A stretch of DNA of 64,000 nt from Elusimicrobiota bacterium. Its GTDB lineage: Bacteria > Elusimicrobiota > Elusimicrobia > UBA1565. Numbering within the stretch: the stretch's first letter is position 1; every line of letters begins with the position of its first letter. This document shows, piece after piece, positions 38,576 through 47,314 of this stretch. Location: contig JBDRPD010000050.1 in NCBI GenBank assembly GCA_043827405.1, positions 96,001 through 160,000 on the forward strand, written 5' to 3'. The notes beneath the pieces were generated by a model that was not told where the DNA came from, searched no databases, and saw nothing but the letters and a program-made list of their open reading frames with translations. A program made the translations under genes and the position numbers.

Positions 38576-38884
38576 TCACCCCCCCTCCGCTCGTCCGGGA
38601 TAGGGGAGATTGACCATCCGCAGGACCTTACAGTGCCGCATATCCCCATTATTGGTTTTCCGTAGTTCCCGGGTTCTCTTGATGATATTGGCATTCTCAA
38701 GCCGCCGGAGCGCTTCATAGAAATCGTGGACACCGCCCCCGATGGCCTCGATCATGTAGCTTGTTGGGAAACCCTCAGGTCCCAGCGTCCGCAATAGCGC
38801 AACGATCTCCTTTTGAACCCGCACAAGCCTTTCTTCCCTCGCAATCGGGGTCCAGGGGGAACCCCATTTTTTCCCATCAGCCAT
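38576..38884 (-). CDS. Small winged-helix-like hypothetical protein
   Basis: IVALLRTLGPEGFPTSYMIEAIGG..FYEALRRLENANII; RBS present, overlaps upstream gene. Confidence 0.6.
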   Translation of the reverse strand: MADGKKWGSPWTPIAREERLVRVQKEIVALLRTLGPEGFPTSYMIEAIGGGVHDFYEALRRLENANIIKRTRELRKTNNGDMRHCKVLRMVNLPYPGRAEGG

Positions 38885-39146
38885 GTCGCCTCCTACGTCC
38901 CAAGTAATTCAAGAACCTGTCCACTGCCTCAACGCGGCAGGCGCAGAGGCGTACTCCACACGATCGGCAGTAATGATCGCGCCTCCAGACCATCTCACGG
39001 CACGCCGGACAGCAGGGGACGCCCTGCGGGTCCACGTCACAACCGCATTGGCCGCAGAACTCCTGCCCTCTGCCAATCGGCGCCTCGCAGTTCAGACATT
39101 CTGCGATGAACTCCGATGAATGTTCGGCTTCTCGTTCCGGACTCAT
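38877..39146 (-). CDS. Double zinc-ribbon protein
   Basis: CLNC, CGQC, CPAC, CRSC pairs. Confidence 0.7.
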   Translation of the reverse strand: MSPEREAEHSSEFIAECLNCEAPIGRGQEFCGQCGCDVDPQGVPCCPACREMVWRRDHYCRSCGVRLCACRVEAVDRFLNYLGRRRRHG

Positions 39147-39168
39147 TGCACCATGCCGCAACGAATGG

Positions 39169-39324
39169 CTAGAACTCCCCTCGATGGAGCGTCTCGCACT
39201 CGGGGTCCGAACACGCGGCGAGCCACTCCTCGCCCTTCAGCCGAATGAGCTTCAGCGGCTCCCCGCAAGCCTCGCAGGTCACAGCGAACTGGTATTTCTT
39301 CTTCTCCTCGATCTCGTCAGTCAT
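39169..39324 (-). CDS. 51-aa zinc-finger micro-protein (not in ORF track)
   Basis: GGAGG RBS; MTDEIEEKKKYQFAVTCEACGEPLKLIRLKGEEWLAACSDPECETLHRGEF*. Confidence 0.65.
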   Translation of the reverse strand: MTDEIEEKKKYQFAVTCEACGEPLKLIRLKGEEWLAACSDPECETLHRGEF

Positions 39325-39372
39325 CTCATCCTCCGTTCTCTTGTCTTAGTTTTTCCGTCTGCACCCCCAGTT

Positions 39373-39708
39373 TCACTTCCCAGGCGGGGAAACCCGCACC
39401 CGGATTACCTGAGGCTTCCTGGGCTCCAGCGAGGAAACCCGCACCCGGATTACCTGAGGCTTCCTGGGCTCCGGCGAGGAAACCCACGCCCGGATTACGT
39501 GAGGCTTCCTAGGCTTCGATGGAGAAACCCGTACCCGGATTATCCGAGGCTTCGTCTTGGGTGGTTCCACGAATGCGGGGACTATCATCCACCTCCTTCG
39601 GCACTCCGGATTCGTGCACTGCCAGAACCCGCCGCCGTTGCGGTCCATCCGCAGGCGGTACCCGCACTCACACCGCACGGCATCCCGCTTCCGTTTCCTC
39701 GCCTTCAT
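39373..39708 (-). CDS. Zinc-finger protein with 15-aa basic tandem repeats
   Basis: GGAGG upstream; CEC..CTNPEC, then (PRKPQVIRVRVSSxE)n. Confidence 0.6.
   Translation of the reverse strand: MKARKRKRDAVRCECGYRLRMDRNGGGFWQCTNPECRRRWMIVPAFVEPPKTKPRIIRVRVSPSKPRKPHVIRAWVSSPEPRKPQVIRVRVSSLEPRKPQVIRVRVSPPGK
39389..39553. repeat. 45-bp tandem repeat, about 3.7 copies
   Basis: GAAACCC starts at 39389, 39434, 39479 and 39524; unit GAAACCCGCACCCGGATTACCTGAGGCTTCCTGGGCTCCAGCGAG. Confidence 0.92.
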
Positions 39709-40272
39709 CGCACCACCTCCATGCCGCCATCGTTCTCCCCGGCCTTCCCGCCCCAGGCCCTCCAGGGACCTGGCTCCGCTCCGAGCCCCCAAGCGACGCC
39801 CCGGCGATCCTTCCGGCCCTCCGGGGCCATCTGGACGCTCGGGAAGGCAGGGCCGTCGATTTCGAGCCCCAGACGCAGCCCGTTGGTTGCCAGCTTGCCG
39901 GAACCTGAGACTGGCCGGGGCTCGGAGCCCATCACGGACCCGATTGATAACCGAGCGTCCGTGCCTGCCAGAACCCAAGGACTCGTGGTCCTCGCGCGCC
40001 AACGGCGGCGCCGCTCCGGACCGGGCGGCATACGGGGCCCCACCCGCCCCTGCGGGGCGGGCACCCCGTGGCCGCCCCGTTCTTGGCCGATTCTTCTGTT
40101 GGGGCTCGCATAATAACCTGATGATCCGGGACCCCGGCCTTCTCCTTTTGTTAGGGCTCCCATAATCATCAGCAACTGCATCGATTCGTCAGGGTCCTCG
40201 CCCAAACGGGGGGGTGTCCAGCCTCGCCGAGAAGATTCTGTTAGGTCTCGCATAGATATATTTATTCTTAGA

Positions 40273-43236
40273 CTAGCCCTGACATTCCGGGTCTCTTGCC
40301 CACTGACGCCCCTGACGCACACCACCCAGGCCCCTGGCCGCCGCCGCAAGGTGGGTACTGAGCGTCGTGCGAGACACGCGGGGAAACTGCCGGACCAAGT
40401 CCTGGACGCCCACGGGCCACCCGTGCTCGAATAGAGCCCGGACATACTTCTCGACCGCTGGGTACTCGCTGTCCGAACGCCGGACGCAGTCCTCACCGAT
40501 AAGTTCCTCGTTCGTTAGGAACTCAATGCCCGGCAAGCCCTCCACGGGCTCATTTGTGATCAGGCAGATCGTCTTGGCCGCCAGGATGTGACGGGCTCGG
40601 CCCAGGGCCTGTTGAAGCTCGTTCGTAACGAGGTAGGTGTGGGCCGCCTGCATCTCGGGACTTTGATACCAGCGAACGTGGACGCGGAATGATCCGTTCT
40701 GGCCCCGAACCACGCGCCACTGGTAGTTCATGTTCTCGGGAGCGACATCGTGGCCTGCGAGCCGGATCGCCGTTGCGCGGACTGCGTCCTTATCGACATG
40801 CGGTGAGCCGATAACAAGAAGGACATCGACATCGAGAAAGTCGTTGGACCCGCGCTGATCTCCGAACGTGCCGAAGCGGGGTCTCATCCCTGAAGGCAAC
40901 TGAGCCTCGACGTGCTTCTTGGACGCCTTGTGCGTGATGATCCCGAACGCCGCATCGGGATAGGAGCGGAAGATCGCGGCCAGGATTCTCCCGAGTTTTC
41001 GGCTCGGCCTGGTAACGACTCCCGGCTTCTTCTTGATCTTGTCAGGCACCGTGTCGCGCCTGATCGCCTTCCGCGACCAGTTCCCATTGAGCAGTTGATA
41101 GATGCGACTCTCGTGCTTCACAGGGGGCAGTGTGTGCTCGAAGACCCGGCGGTCTCCGGCCACATCCTGAATGTCCTGGGCCCGGGCGGTCGCATCAAGG
41201 ATGAGCACGGTTTTCCCGGGGGGTGGGGGTAGATGGACGTAGAACGAAAGGCCCTGATGTGTGAGGGTCAGGCCGCGAGCGAGCCCCGCGAGTAATTCAT
41301 GAACCTCCCGGTGGTAATTGATGAACCATGTGATCCTCTTGGTTGTCCGAAATTCATGCTTCAGCGCCTCGTAGACCCAACTGCTACTTTGATCGAAAGC
41401 CGCTGAGGTGTATCGTGATAGGAGTTCTTCCGGTATCTTCGGGAGGACTCCAGCATCCAGAGCCCCGAGCACGATGTCCGCCGCCTCCCCGTGAACTCGA
41501 AGGTTTTCCCTCACGTCATCGGTCAGCACGGTTCCGACGATCTCAGGAACGACTAGCGTCCGGCTCGCGTTTGCCCGAGAATGAGGATTAAACCCCAGCG
41601 CCTGAATCAAAAGTTGGCGATAGGACTGAAGCCCCTCGGGCGTCAGGAGTCGCGGAGGGCGCAGAACGTTCAGCGGGTCCTCATCGAATACGAGAAACAA
41701 TCGTCCTGGATTGCCGTGATAGTTGTAGAACGTCAGGAACTCATGGAACTTTTGAACCACGATGATCGACTTCGCCTTGTCGCCGGGCTTCTGGGCTTGG
41801 CGGTAGTCGCAATCGTTCCGCCTTACGCAAGAGGGACACACGACCTGCGTGTAGTTCGACCCGCTATTCAGCAATTCCTTAACGATACGATGGTGAATAC
41901 AGTTGTCCTCGGAAATTTGCGGGAAGCGGCAGTATTCGATCCCAAGCTCCTGCGCGATCTTCTCGGGCAGATTGAGTTGAGGGTGCGTTGCACCTAAAAA
42001 TGTGACGCCCAGGGACAGGAATACCCTCACGGCATCCTCGGTCTTTCCGACGCCGGATTCGACGCGAACGATGTGGATGTTGCCGTCGGGATTATCGGCG
42101 ATCTCCTGGAGAATTGTGCTGAGACGTAACCTCACCTCGTCCAGCGGGAGCGGTTGCTCTGTCGGGGGCGCCGTGGCCTCGTCGCTGATCCTCTCCCACT
42201 TACGGGTCATCCGGGGGCGCCCTGCGATCTTGTAGAGTGGGCAGGCGACCTGGGCGCAGGGCATCCCCATCGCCAGCATGTAGCGACACTGAAAGGTGTA
42301 TTTCGGGTCAGGCGAGAGATAAACGGCCCGAGCCGCCCGAACGACGTGGGCGAGTTGTTCGATTCGAGGGCTTTCCGAAACGCCGGGTGCCAGGCGATAA
42401 ATGTAGCCTTGGACCCGCTCGATTGCCTGCTCCATTTCGATTCCCTTCGACTTGTAATAATTCAGGAGATTCAGCGTGCCAAGATTCCGCTCACCGAGAC
42501 GAACGTCCTGGCCCGATTCAAGCGCCTGAACACAGAGCGGATCACCGGACGACAAGCCCCCCAACGCCTCCAGTGGAATCGGCTTCTTGACCTTAGGGAG
42601 TTCGGGGAGAATGGCGTGCGTCTCGGCCAACTCCAGAATCCAAGAAGGAGGCGGGGCGATCGGCGTCTGTCCTGGCCTCAGTCCCTCGCACCATTCATAA
42701 GGAAGCCCCGTATCAGGATGGAGGCTGGGAGGTGCCAAAACGTAGCCACCATCGGCCTTGAAGTCCACGCCGACCAGGAGTTGGAACGACCTGAGCGAGA
42801 AATGGCTCCGAAAATAGTAGTGGATGCCGCCGTCGCCACGGCCCGTTCGGACTGTCAGCGTTTGTGGGATGTCCTTGCCCCGCATTGACTGGTCGCCATC
42901 ATTGCGCGGATCAACATCGAGCACGCAAAGGTTGCCGGATGCCTCCCCGCAGATGATTGCGATACCCGCATTCGGCCAACGCCCCCACCATCCCCGGACC
43001 TCGGCCTCAGTGGGTCGCCGCTTCTTGAACTTTCCCCACCGAACGCGCGGCCTTTTTGAATTGGTGCGTATCGGGATGACGCAAAAGCCGAGAGAGAGGA
43101 GGTGGAGAGCGAACTGAAGGTTTCCCGAGGATGCGATCGCCGGGACAGAAGCCTTCGCCCCCTGGTAGAGGGGGCGTTCTTCTGGTAGACTATGATCAGA
43201 TGGTTGGAGCACGCTCGTGCCTCGATCGTCTAGCAT
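40273..43236 (-). CDS. Bifunctional primase-polymerase (AEP) fused to a Cys-rich PriCT/PriL-like domain and an SF2 helicase-like domain
   Basis: LDVD, GIHYYF, GGYVLAPPSLH; GERN..C..C..C; ESGVGKT, LVFDED, LDATA, LQQALGRAR. Confidence 0.85.
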   Translation of the reverse strand: MLDDRGTSVLQPSDHSLPEERPLYQGAKASVPAIASSGNLQFALHLLSLGFCVIPIRTNSKRPRVRWGKFKKRRPTEAEVRGWWGRWPNAGIAIICGEASGNLCVLDVDPRNDGDQSMRGKDIPQTLTVRTGRGDGGIHYYFRSHFSLRSFQLLVGVDFKADGGYVLAPPSLHPDTGLPYEWCEGLRPGQTPIAPPPSWILELAETHAILPELPKVKKPIPLEALGGLSSGDPLCVQALESGQDVRLGERNLGTLNLLNYYKSKGIEMEQAIERVQGYIYRLAPGVSESPRIEQLAHVVRAARAVYLSPDPKYTFQCRYMLAMGMPCAQVACPLYKIAGRPRMTRKWERISDEATAPPTEQPLPLDEVRLRLSTILQEIADNPDGNIHIVRVESGVGKTEDAVRVFLSLGVTFLGATHPQLNLPEKIAQELGIEYCRFPQISEDNCIHHRIVKELLNSGSNYTQVVCPSCVRRNDCDYRQAQKPGDKAKSIIVVQKFHEFLTFYNYHGNPGRLFLVFDEDPLNVLRPPRLLTPEGLQSYRQLLIQALGFNPHSRANASRTLVVPEIVGTVLTDDVRENLRVHGEAADIVLGALDAGVLPKIPEELLSRYTSAAFDQSSSWVYEALKHEFRTTKRITWFINYHREVHELLAGLARGLTLTHQGLSFYVHLPPPPGKTVLILDATARAQDIQDVAGDRRVFEHTLPPVKHESRIYQLLNGNWSRKAIRRDTVPDKIKKKPGVVTRPSRKLGRILAAIFRSYPDAAFGIITHKASKKHVEAQLPSGMRPRFGTFGDQRGSNDFLDVDVLLVIGSPHVDKDAVRATAIRLAGHDVAPENMNYQWRVVRGQNGSFRVHVRWYQSPEMQAAHTYLVTNELQQALGRARHILAAKTICLITNEPVEGLPGIEFLTNEELIGEDCVRRSDSEYPAVEKYVRALFEHGWPVGVQDLVRQFPRVSRTTLSTHLAAAARGLGGVRQGRQWARDPECQG

Positions 43237-43279
43237 GGAGACGCCGCCTGCTCGCCAAAGCTAGGGCGGCGCTTCTCTT

Positions 43280-43477
43280 TCAGCTTCCCTGCTGGGCCGC
43301 GTGCTTCTTTATCAGCGTCCTAAGCCGCTGAACGTCAGCGGCGAGATAGACGCGCTTGCCGCCGCTAGTTCGCTTGGCAGGCGGTATCCTGCCTGTTTCT
43401 TCCCAGTAATAGAGCCGATGCCGGGGGACGTTGAGTAGTTTGCTAACCGCGCCGGGTGAGTAGAGCTTCATCATGAC
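43280..43477 (-). CDS. MerR-type HTH small protein
   Basis: YSPGAVSKLLNVPRHRLYYWEETGRIP..KRTSGGKRVY..DV; GGAGG RBS. Confidence 0.8.
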   Translation of the reverse strand, partial: VMMKLYSPGAVSKLLNVPRHRLYYWEETGRIPPAKRTSGGKRVYLAADVQRLRTLIKKHAAQQGS

Positions 43478-43580
43478 CTCCATCAAGGCAGAGCTTGATT
43501 ATCATGATAACCTCAACATCTCACGATCGCCGGGAGTTTCTGGGCTGTGTTTAGTGTTATTGAACAGGTATAACTGGCGG

Positions 43581-44474
43581 TTACCGACGGAGAAAGACGA
43601 GGGCGGGTGCGGGGCGAGAAGCTCTCCGCAATCTATCACATCGTCCGATAAAGGCGCTAGAGAATGCTGTCAATCGTGCGACCTTCCCCCATACCTCAGG
43701 ACAGATGATTGCCAGGATATAGGAAACAGCAGTACGCCGATTCCGAGAACCAAGACGCGGCCCGCAATCTCGAAGATGCCGGAGAATCTCCATGATGGCA
43801 TAGTCCCAGAAGCGGCATTTGAACTCTTGTTCTACTGGCGGCCAGGGGAAGGGCCGCTCCTTCTCATGATCCCACCGATTATATGTCCGAGTCCTGCGAC
43901 GCAACAGGTCATGCAGTAGCCTTCTATGGGGGCTGAGGGTCTGCTCGAAGGAACTAAACGCATAGTACTCGGGGAACTCCCGCCTAAGACTAAGCATTAC
44001 CCCGGCTTTTTCCGTTGCGGGCAACCGATACGCCTCGCGCAGAAACCCGGCGCGTTGCAGGCGACGCTTGATCACTGGGGCTTGCTTCTCAATAGGGTTT
44101 CTCGCCCGGTTTATCTGTCTTAGGTACTCGTGCATTAGAAGGCTTGTTCTCACCCCTCTGGATCGAAGCACCCGTTTCACTGGGGGCATGTCGAGCAGGT
44201 CTAGTTCGACTTTCTTTTTTAGCCAAGCGGCATATTTGGCGTAGGGCTGACTCCTTAGCCTAGCCGGAATCCGCCGAACCGCATTCTCTGGAGCGCGATG
44301 GACCGCGTTCAGGTCAATAAGCGATTTTGTATTTCGTGCTTGGCGAACCATATGAACGATCCCACGAAGGGGCCGCTCCGTGGGATCGCAAAACCATGGC
44401 GTTGCCAGCGGCCCCTGGCAGATGCCGATAGTATATGGTGAAAGCCCATCCAATGTAACCCCTGCTTTCGTCAC
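43581..44474 (-). CDS. Basic hypothetical protein
   Basis: Long ORF co-oriented with the replication module; no recognised motif. Confidence 0.5.
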   Translation of the reverse strand: MTKAGVTLDGLSPYTIGICQGPLATPWFCDPTERPLRGIVHMVRQARNTKSLIDLNAVHRAPENAVRRIPARLRSQPYAKYAAWLKKKVELDLLDMPPVKRVLRSRGVRTSLLMHEYLRQINRARNPIEKQAPVIKRRLQRAGFLREAYRLPATEKAGVMLSLRREFPEYYAFSSFEQTLSPHRRLLHDLLRRRTRTYNRWDHEKERPFPWPPVEQEFKCRFWDYAIMEILRHLRDCGPRLGSRNRRTAVSYILAIICPEVWGKVARLTAFSSAFIGRCDRLRRASRPAPALVFLRR

Positions 44475-44623
44475 CTCTATCTAAGTTCCTGCGTGGCTCC
44501 TTGTTCATGCCCCTCCAACAACTGCTGAAATGGCATAATCCAAACTGGTTATGGCACTTTCAGAGGCAGATACCCCCGCCCCGTCTATGGGCTTCGAGAG
44601 CCACCTTTTCTTGGGAGAACACA

Positions 44624-47314
44624 ATGGCTAAGACAAAGAGAAAGAGAGGGAAGCGGACCTCCGACGGAACGGCGGCCCGAAACTACCGTCATCCTGACGC
44701 CGAGAGCCCCATGCGGCCCGACGTGGGCACGCAGGCCCAATTCCAGAAGAAGAAGGAGCCTCAGACCTACCGCTACGACTCGTCCCTCTCGCCCACCCTA
44801 GACTGGGACGGCCAGAATCCAGCCCGCGAGGAGGGCGAGGCCGCGATCCGCGAGATTCTCGATGCCAAGACGTTGGAGAGCGCGAAGGCGGCGGCGGCTA
44901 AGCTGAAGGCGCTGGGAAAGCCCTTTCTGAACTGGGCCGGGAAAACTGAACACCTTTCGTTCGATGTGCCAACGCTCCCGCTTTTTGTACACGAACGGCT
45001 TGCCACTCAGGCGATCCTAGAGACGATCAAGGGGCATAAGTCCGATAAACAACTAGACTTCGTGGATGACCTCTTTGGCGACCCCCGCCACTCGATCACC
45101 GATCAAGTGCTCAAGGCTTACGAGCATAAGGATAAGTGGGTTAATCGAATGATTCTGGGAGATTCGCTAGTTGTTATGAACTCACTGCTCCACTATGAGG
45201 GACTCGGAGAGCAGGTCCAGATGATCTATATGGACCCGCCGTATGGCGTGAAATTCGGGAGCAACTTTCAGCCGTTCATCCGAAATCGTGACGTGGGCCA
45301 TGGCGACGATAATGACATGACTCGTGAGCCAGAGATGGTCCAAGCGTATCGAGACACATGGGAACTTGGCCTTCATTCATACCTGAGCTACATGAGGGAT
45401 CGATTGCGGCTATCGTGGGATTTACTGAAGCCAGAGGGCAGTATCTTTGTCCAAATCGGTGACGCGCACGTTCACCATGTACGAGAATTGCTTGACGAGG
45501 TCTTTGGGCCAGAATGTTTTCAGGGTTTGCTTCCGTTTAAGAAGACCGGCGGACAAAGTAGCGCTAGTCTGCCTGCTGTCGTGGACTACATCCTGTGGTA
45601 CTCCAGGAATCCCAAAGGCTTCAAGTATCGACAGTTGTTCTTAGAAAAAGTCCCGGGGCAAGAAGGAGCGACGAACTATACTTGGATTGAAGAAAAGGAA
45701 GGTACGCGACGTCCACTCACGGCAGACGAAAAGCGGACCTGGAAACTGCCTGCTGATTGTCGAGTATTTCAGCCATACCCGTTATTCTCAGAGGGGCCCT
45801 CTGCCGAAGATAGGCCGTTCAAGTGGAGGGGAAAAGAGTACAAGCCCTCACCTAATGCCCACTGGAAGACGACTGAGACCGGGCTCAAGAAGTTAGCGAA
45901 ACTTAATCGGCTCCTGGCTCAAGGAAACACACTTCGATTCGTCAATTATCTATCAGACTACCCGGTTACGCCGCTGACGAATGTTTGGATGGATACACAA
46001 ATAAGTGGCTTCGGAGAGGATCGGCTTTATGTGGTCCAAACGTTGCCGAAAGTGATCCAGCGGTGCATTCTCATGACAACGGACCCTGGAGACCTAGTCC
46101 TTGATCCAACTTGTGGCGGGGGAACCACAGCGAAGGTCGCTGAGCATTGGGGGCGACGATGGATTACGATAGATACGAGTAGGGTTCCGCTGGCACTAAC
46201 TCGACAAAGACTCCTAACTTCGACATTCCCCTACTTCAAGCTCACTGACGGTGCGCGCGGACCTGCGGGGGGGTTCGTTTACGAACGCAAACAAAATCGA
46301 AAGGGTGCAGAGATTGGGGGCATTGTCCCCCACATTACACTTACGTCAGTCGCGCATGACGAGAAAGCCGATGAGGAGGTTCTTGTCGATCGGCCAGTTG
46401 AGGATTCTGGAGTTGTTCGCGTGAGTGGTCCCTTTACGGTAGAAGCGACTATCCCCACCCCCATGAACCCCGAGGATTCCAACGAATCCAATCGGAGCGA
46501 ATCTCCCCCGGAGTCCTATGGCACTTTTGTGGACCGGATGCTGGAGGTCCTTCGCCAGAGCCCTATCTTGCGGCTCTCTGGAAATAAGAGCGTCAAGCTG
46601 ACCAGGTTGCGTCGCCCCGCCAAAACCCTGTCGCTTTCCGCTGAGGCCGTGGTTCCAAATGGTAAAGACCAGCTAGTCGCTCTCGTTTTTGGGCCAGAGA
46701 ACGGCGCCATAAGTGAGAAGCTCGTCTATGAAGCGGCCCGAGAAGCACATGCTAAAAACTACTTACATCTTTATGTCATCGGTTTTGCTATTCAACCAAA
46801 TGCGCGTGCACTGATTGAGAAGTGCGACAAAGTCATTGGTGTTCCGGCCCTCTACATCCAGGCCACTCCTGACCTAATGATGGGCGATTTGCTCAAGAAT
46901 ATGCGGAGTAGCCAGATATTTAGTGTTTGTGGACTACCTGAGGTCAAGATCACAAAGAAGAAGATAGGAAAGGAAACCAAGTACCAAGTAGAGCTACTCG
47001 GATACGATGTTTTCGACCCCAGCACCATGAAGGTCGATCATCGAAAAGGTGACGATGTCCCGGCTTGGTTCTTGGATATTGATCATAACGATCTATGTTT
47101 CCATGTTAATCAGGCTTTCTTCCCTCGAACTGGGGCTTGGGAAAACCTCAAACGGGCTCTAAAGACCGAATACGAGGCAAGTGTATGGAAGCATCTCTCT
47201 GGGGCGACAAGCGCCCCCTTCGAGCCCGGTGAGTATAAACACATCGCGGTCAAGGTAATCGATGACCGGGGTAATGAGCTTCTCGTTACCAAAAGCCTGA
47301 AGGGAGTCCGATGA
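44624..47314 (+). CDS. mod: Type III R-M methyltransferase (Mod)
   Basis: IYMDPPYG, VLDPTCGGGTT; GGGAG RBS; overlaps res (ATGA). Confidence 0.92.
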   Translation: MAKTKRKRGKRTSDGTAARNYRHPDAESPMRPDVGTQAQFQKKKEPQTYRYDSSLSPTLDWDGQNPAREEGEAAIREILDAKTLESAKAAAAKLKALGKPFLNWAGKTEHLSFDVPTLPLFVHERLATQAILETIKGHKSDKQLDFVDDLFGDPRHSITDQVLKAYEHKDKWVNRMILGDSLVVMNSLLHYEGLGEQVQMIYMDPPYGVKFGSNFQPFIRNRDVGHGDDNDMTREPEMVQAYRDTWELGLHSYLSYMRDRLRLSWDLLKPEGSIFVQIGDAHVHHVRELLDEVFGPECFQGLLPFKKTGGQSSASLPAVVDYILWYSRNPKGFKYRQLFLEKVPGQEGATNYTWIEEKEGTRRPLTADEKRTWKLPADCRVFQPYPLFSEGPSAEDRPFKWRGKEYKPSPNAHWKTTETGLKKLAKLNRLLAQGNTLRFVNYLSDYPVTPLTNVWMDTQISGFGEDRLYVVQTLPKVIQRCILMTTDPGDLVLDPTCGGGTTAKVAEHWGRRWITIDTSRVPLALTRQRLLTSTFPYFKLTDGARGPAGGFVYERKQNRKGAEIGGIVPHITLTSVAHDEKADEEVLVDRPVEDSGVVRVSGPFTVEATIPTPMNPEDSNESNRSESPPESYGTFVDRMLEVLRQSPILRLSGNKSVKLTRLRRPAKTLSLSAEAVVPNGKDQLVALVFGPENGAISEKLVYEAAREAHAKNYLHLYVIGFAIQPNARALIEKCDKVIGVPALYIQATPDLMMGDLLKNMRSSQIFSVCGLPEVKITKKKIGKETKYQVELLGYDVFDPSTMKVDHRKGDDVPAWFLDIDHNDLCFHVNQAFFPRTGAWENLKRALKTEYEASVWKHLSGATSAPFEPGEYKHIAVKVIDDRGNELLVTKSLKGVR

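Noticed and set aside
39389..39553. Possible CRISPR array
   Set aside because: Units are contiguous 45-bp tandem copies without unique spacers, are a multiple of 3 inside an ORF, and no cas genes are seen
39705..40496. 263-aa minus-strand ORF
   Set aside because: Low-complexity, overlaps the primase-helicase 3' end and spans a strong hairpin; not supportable as a gene
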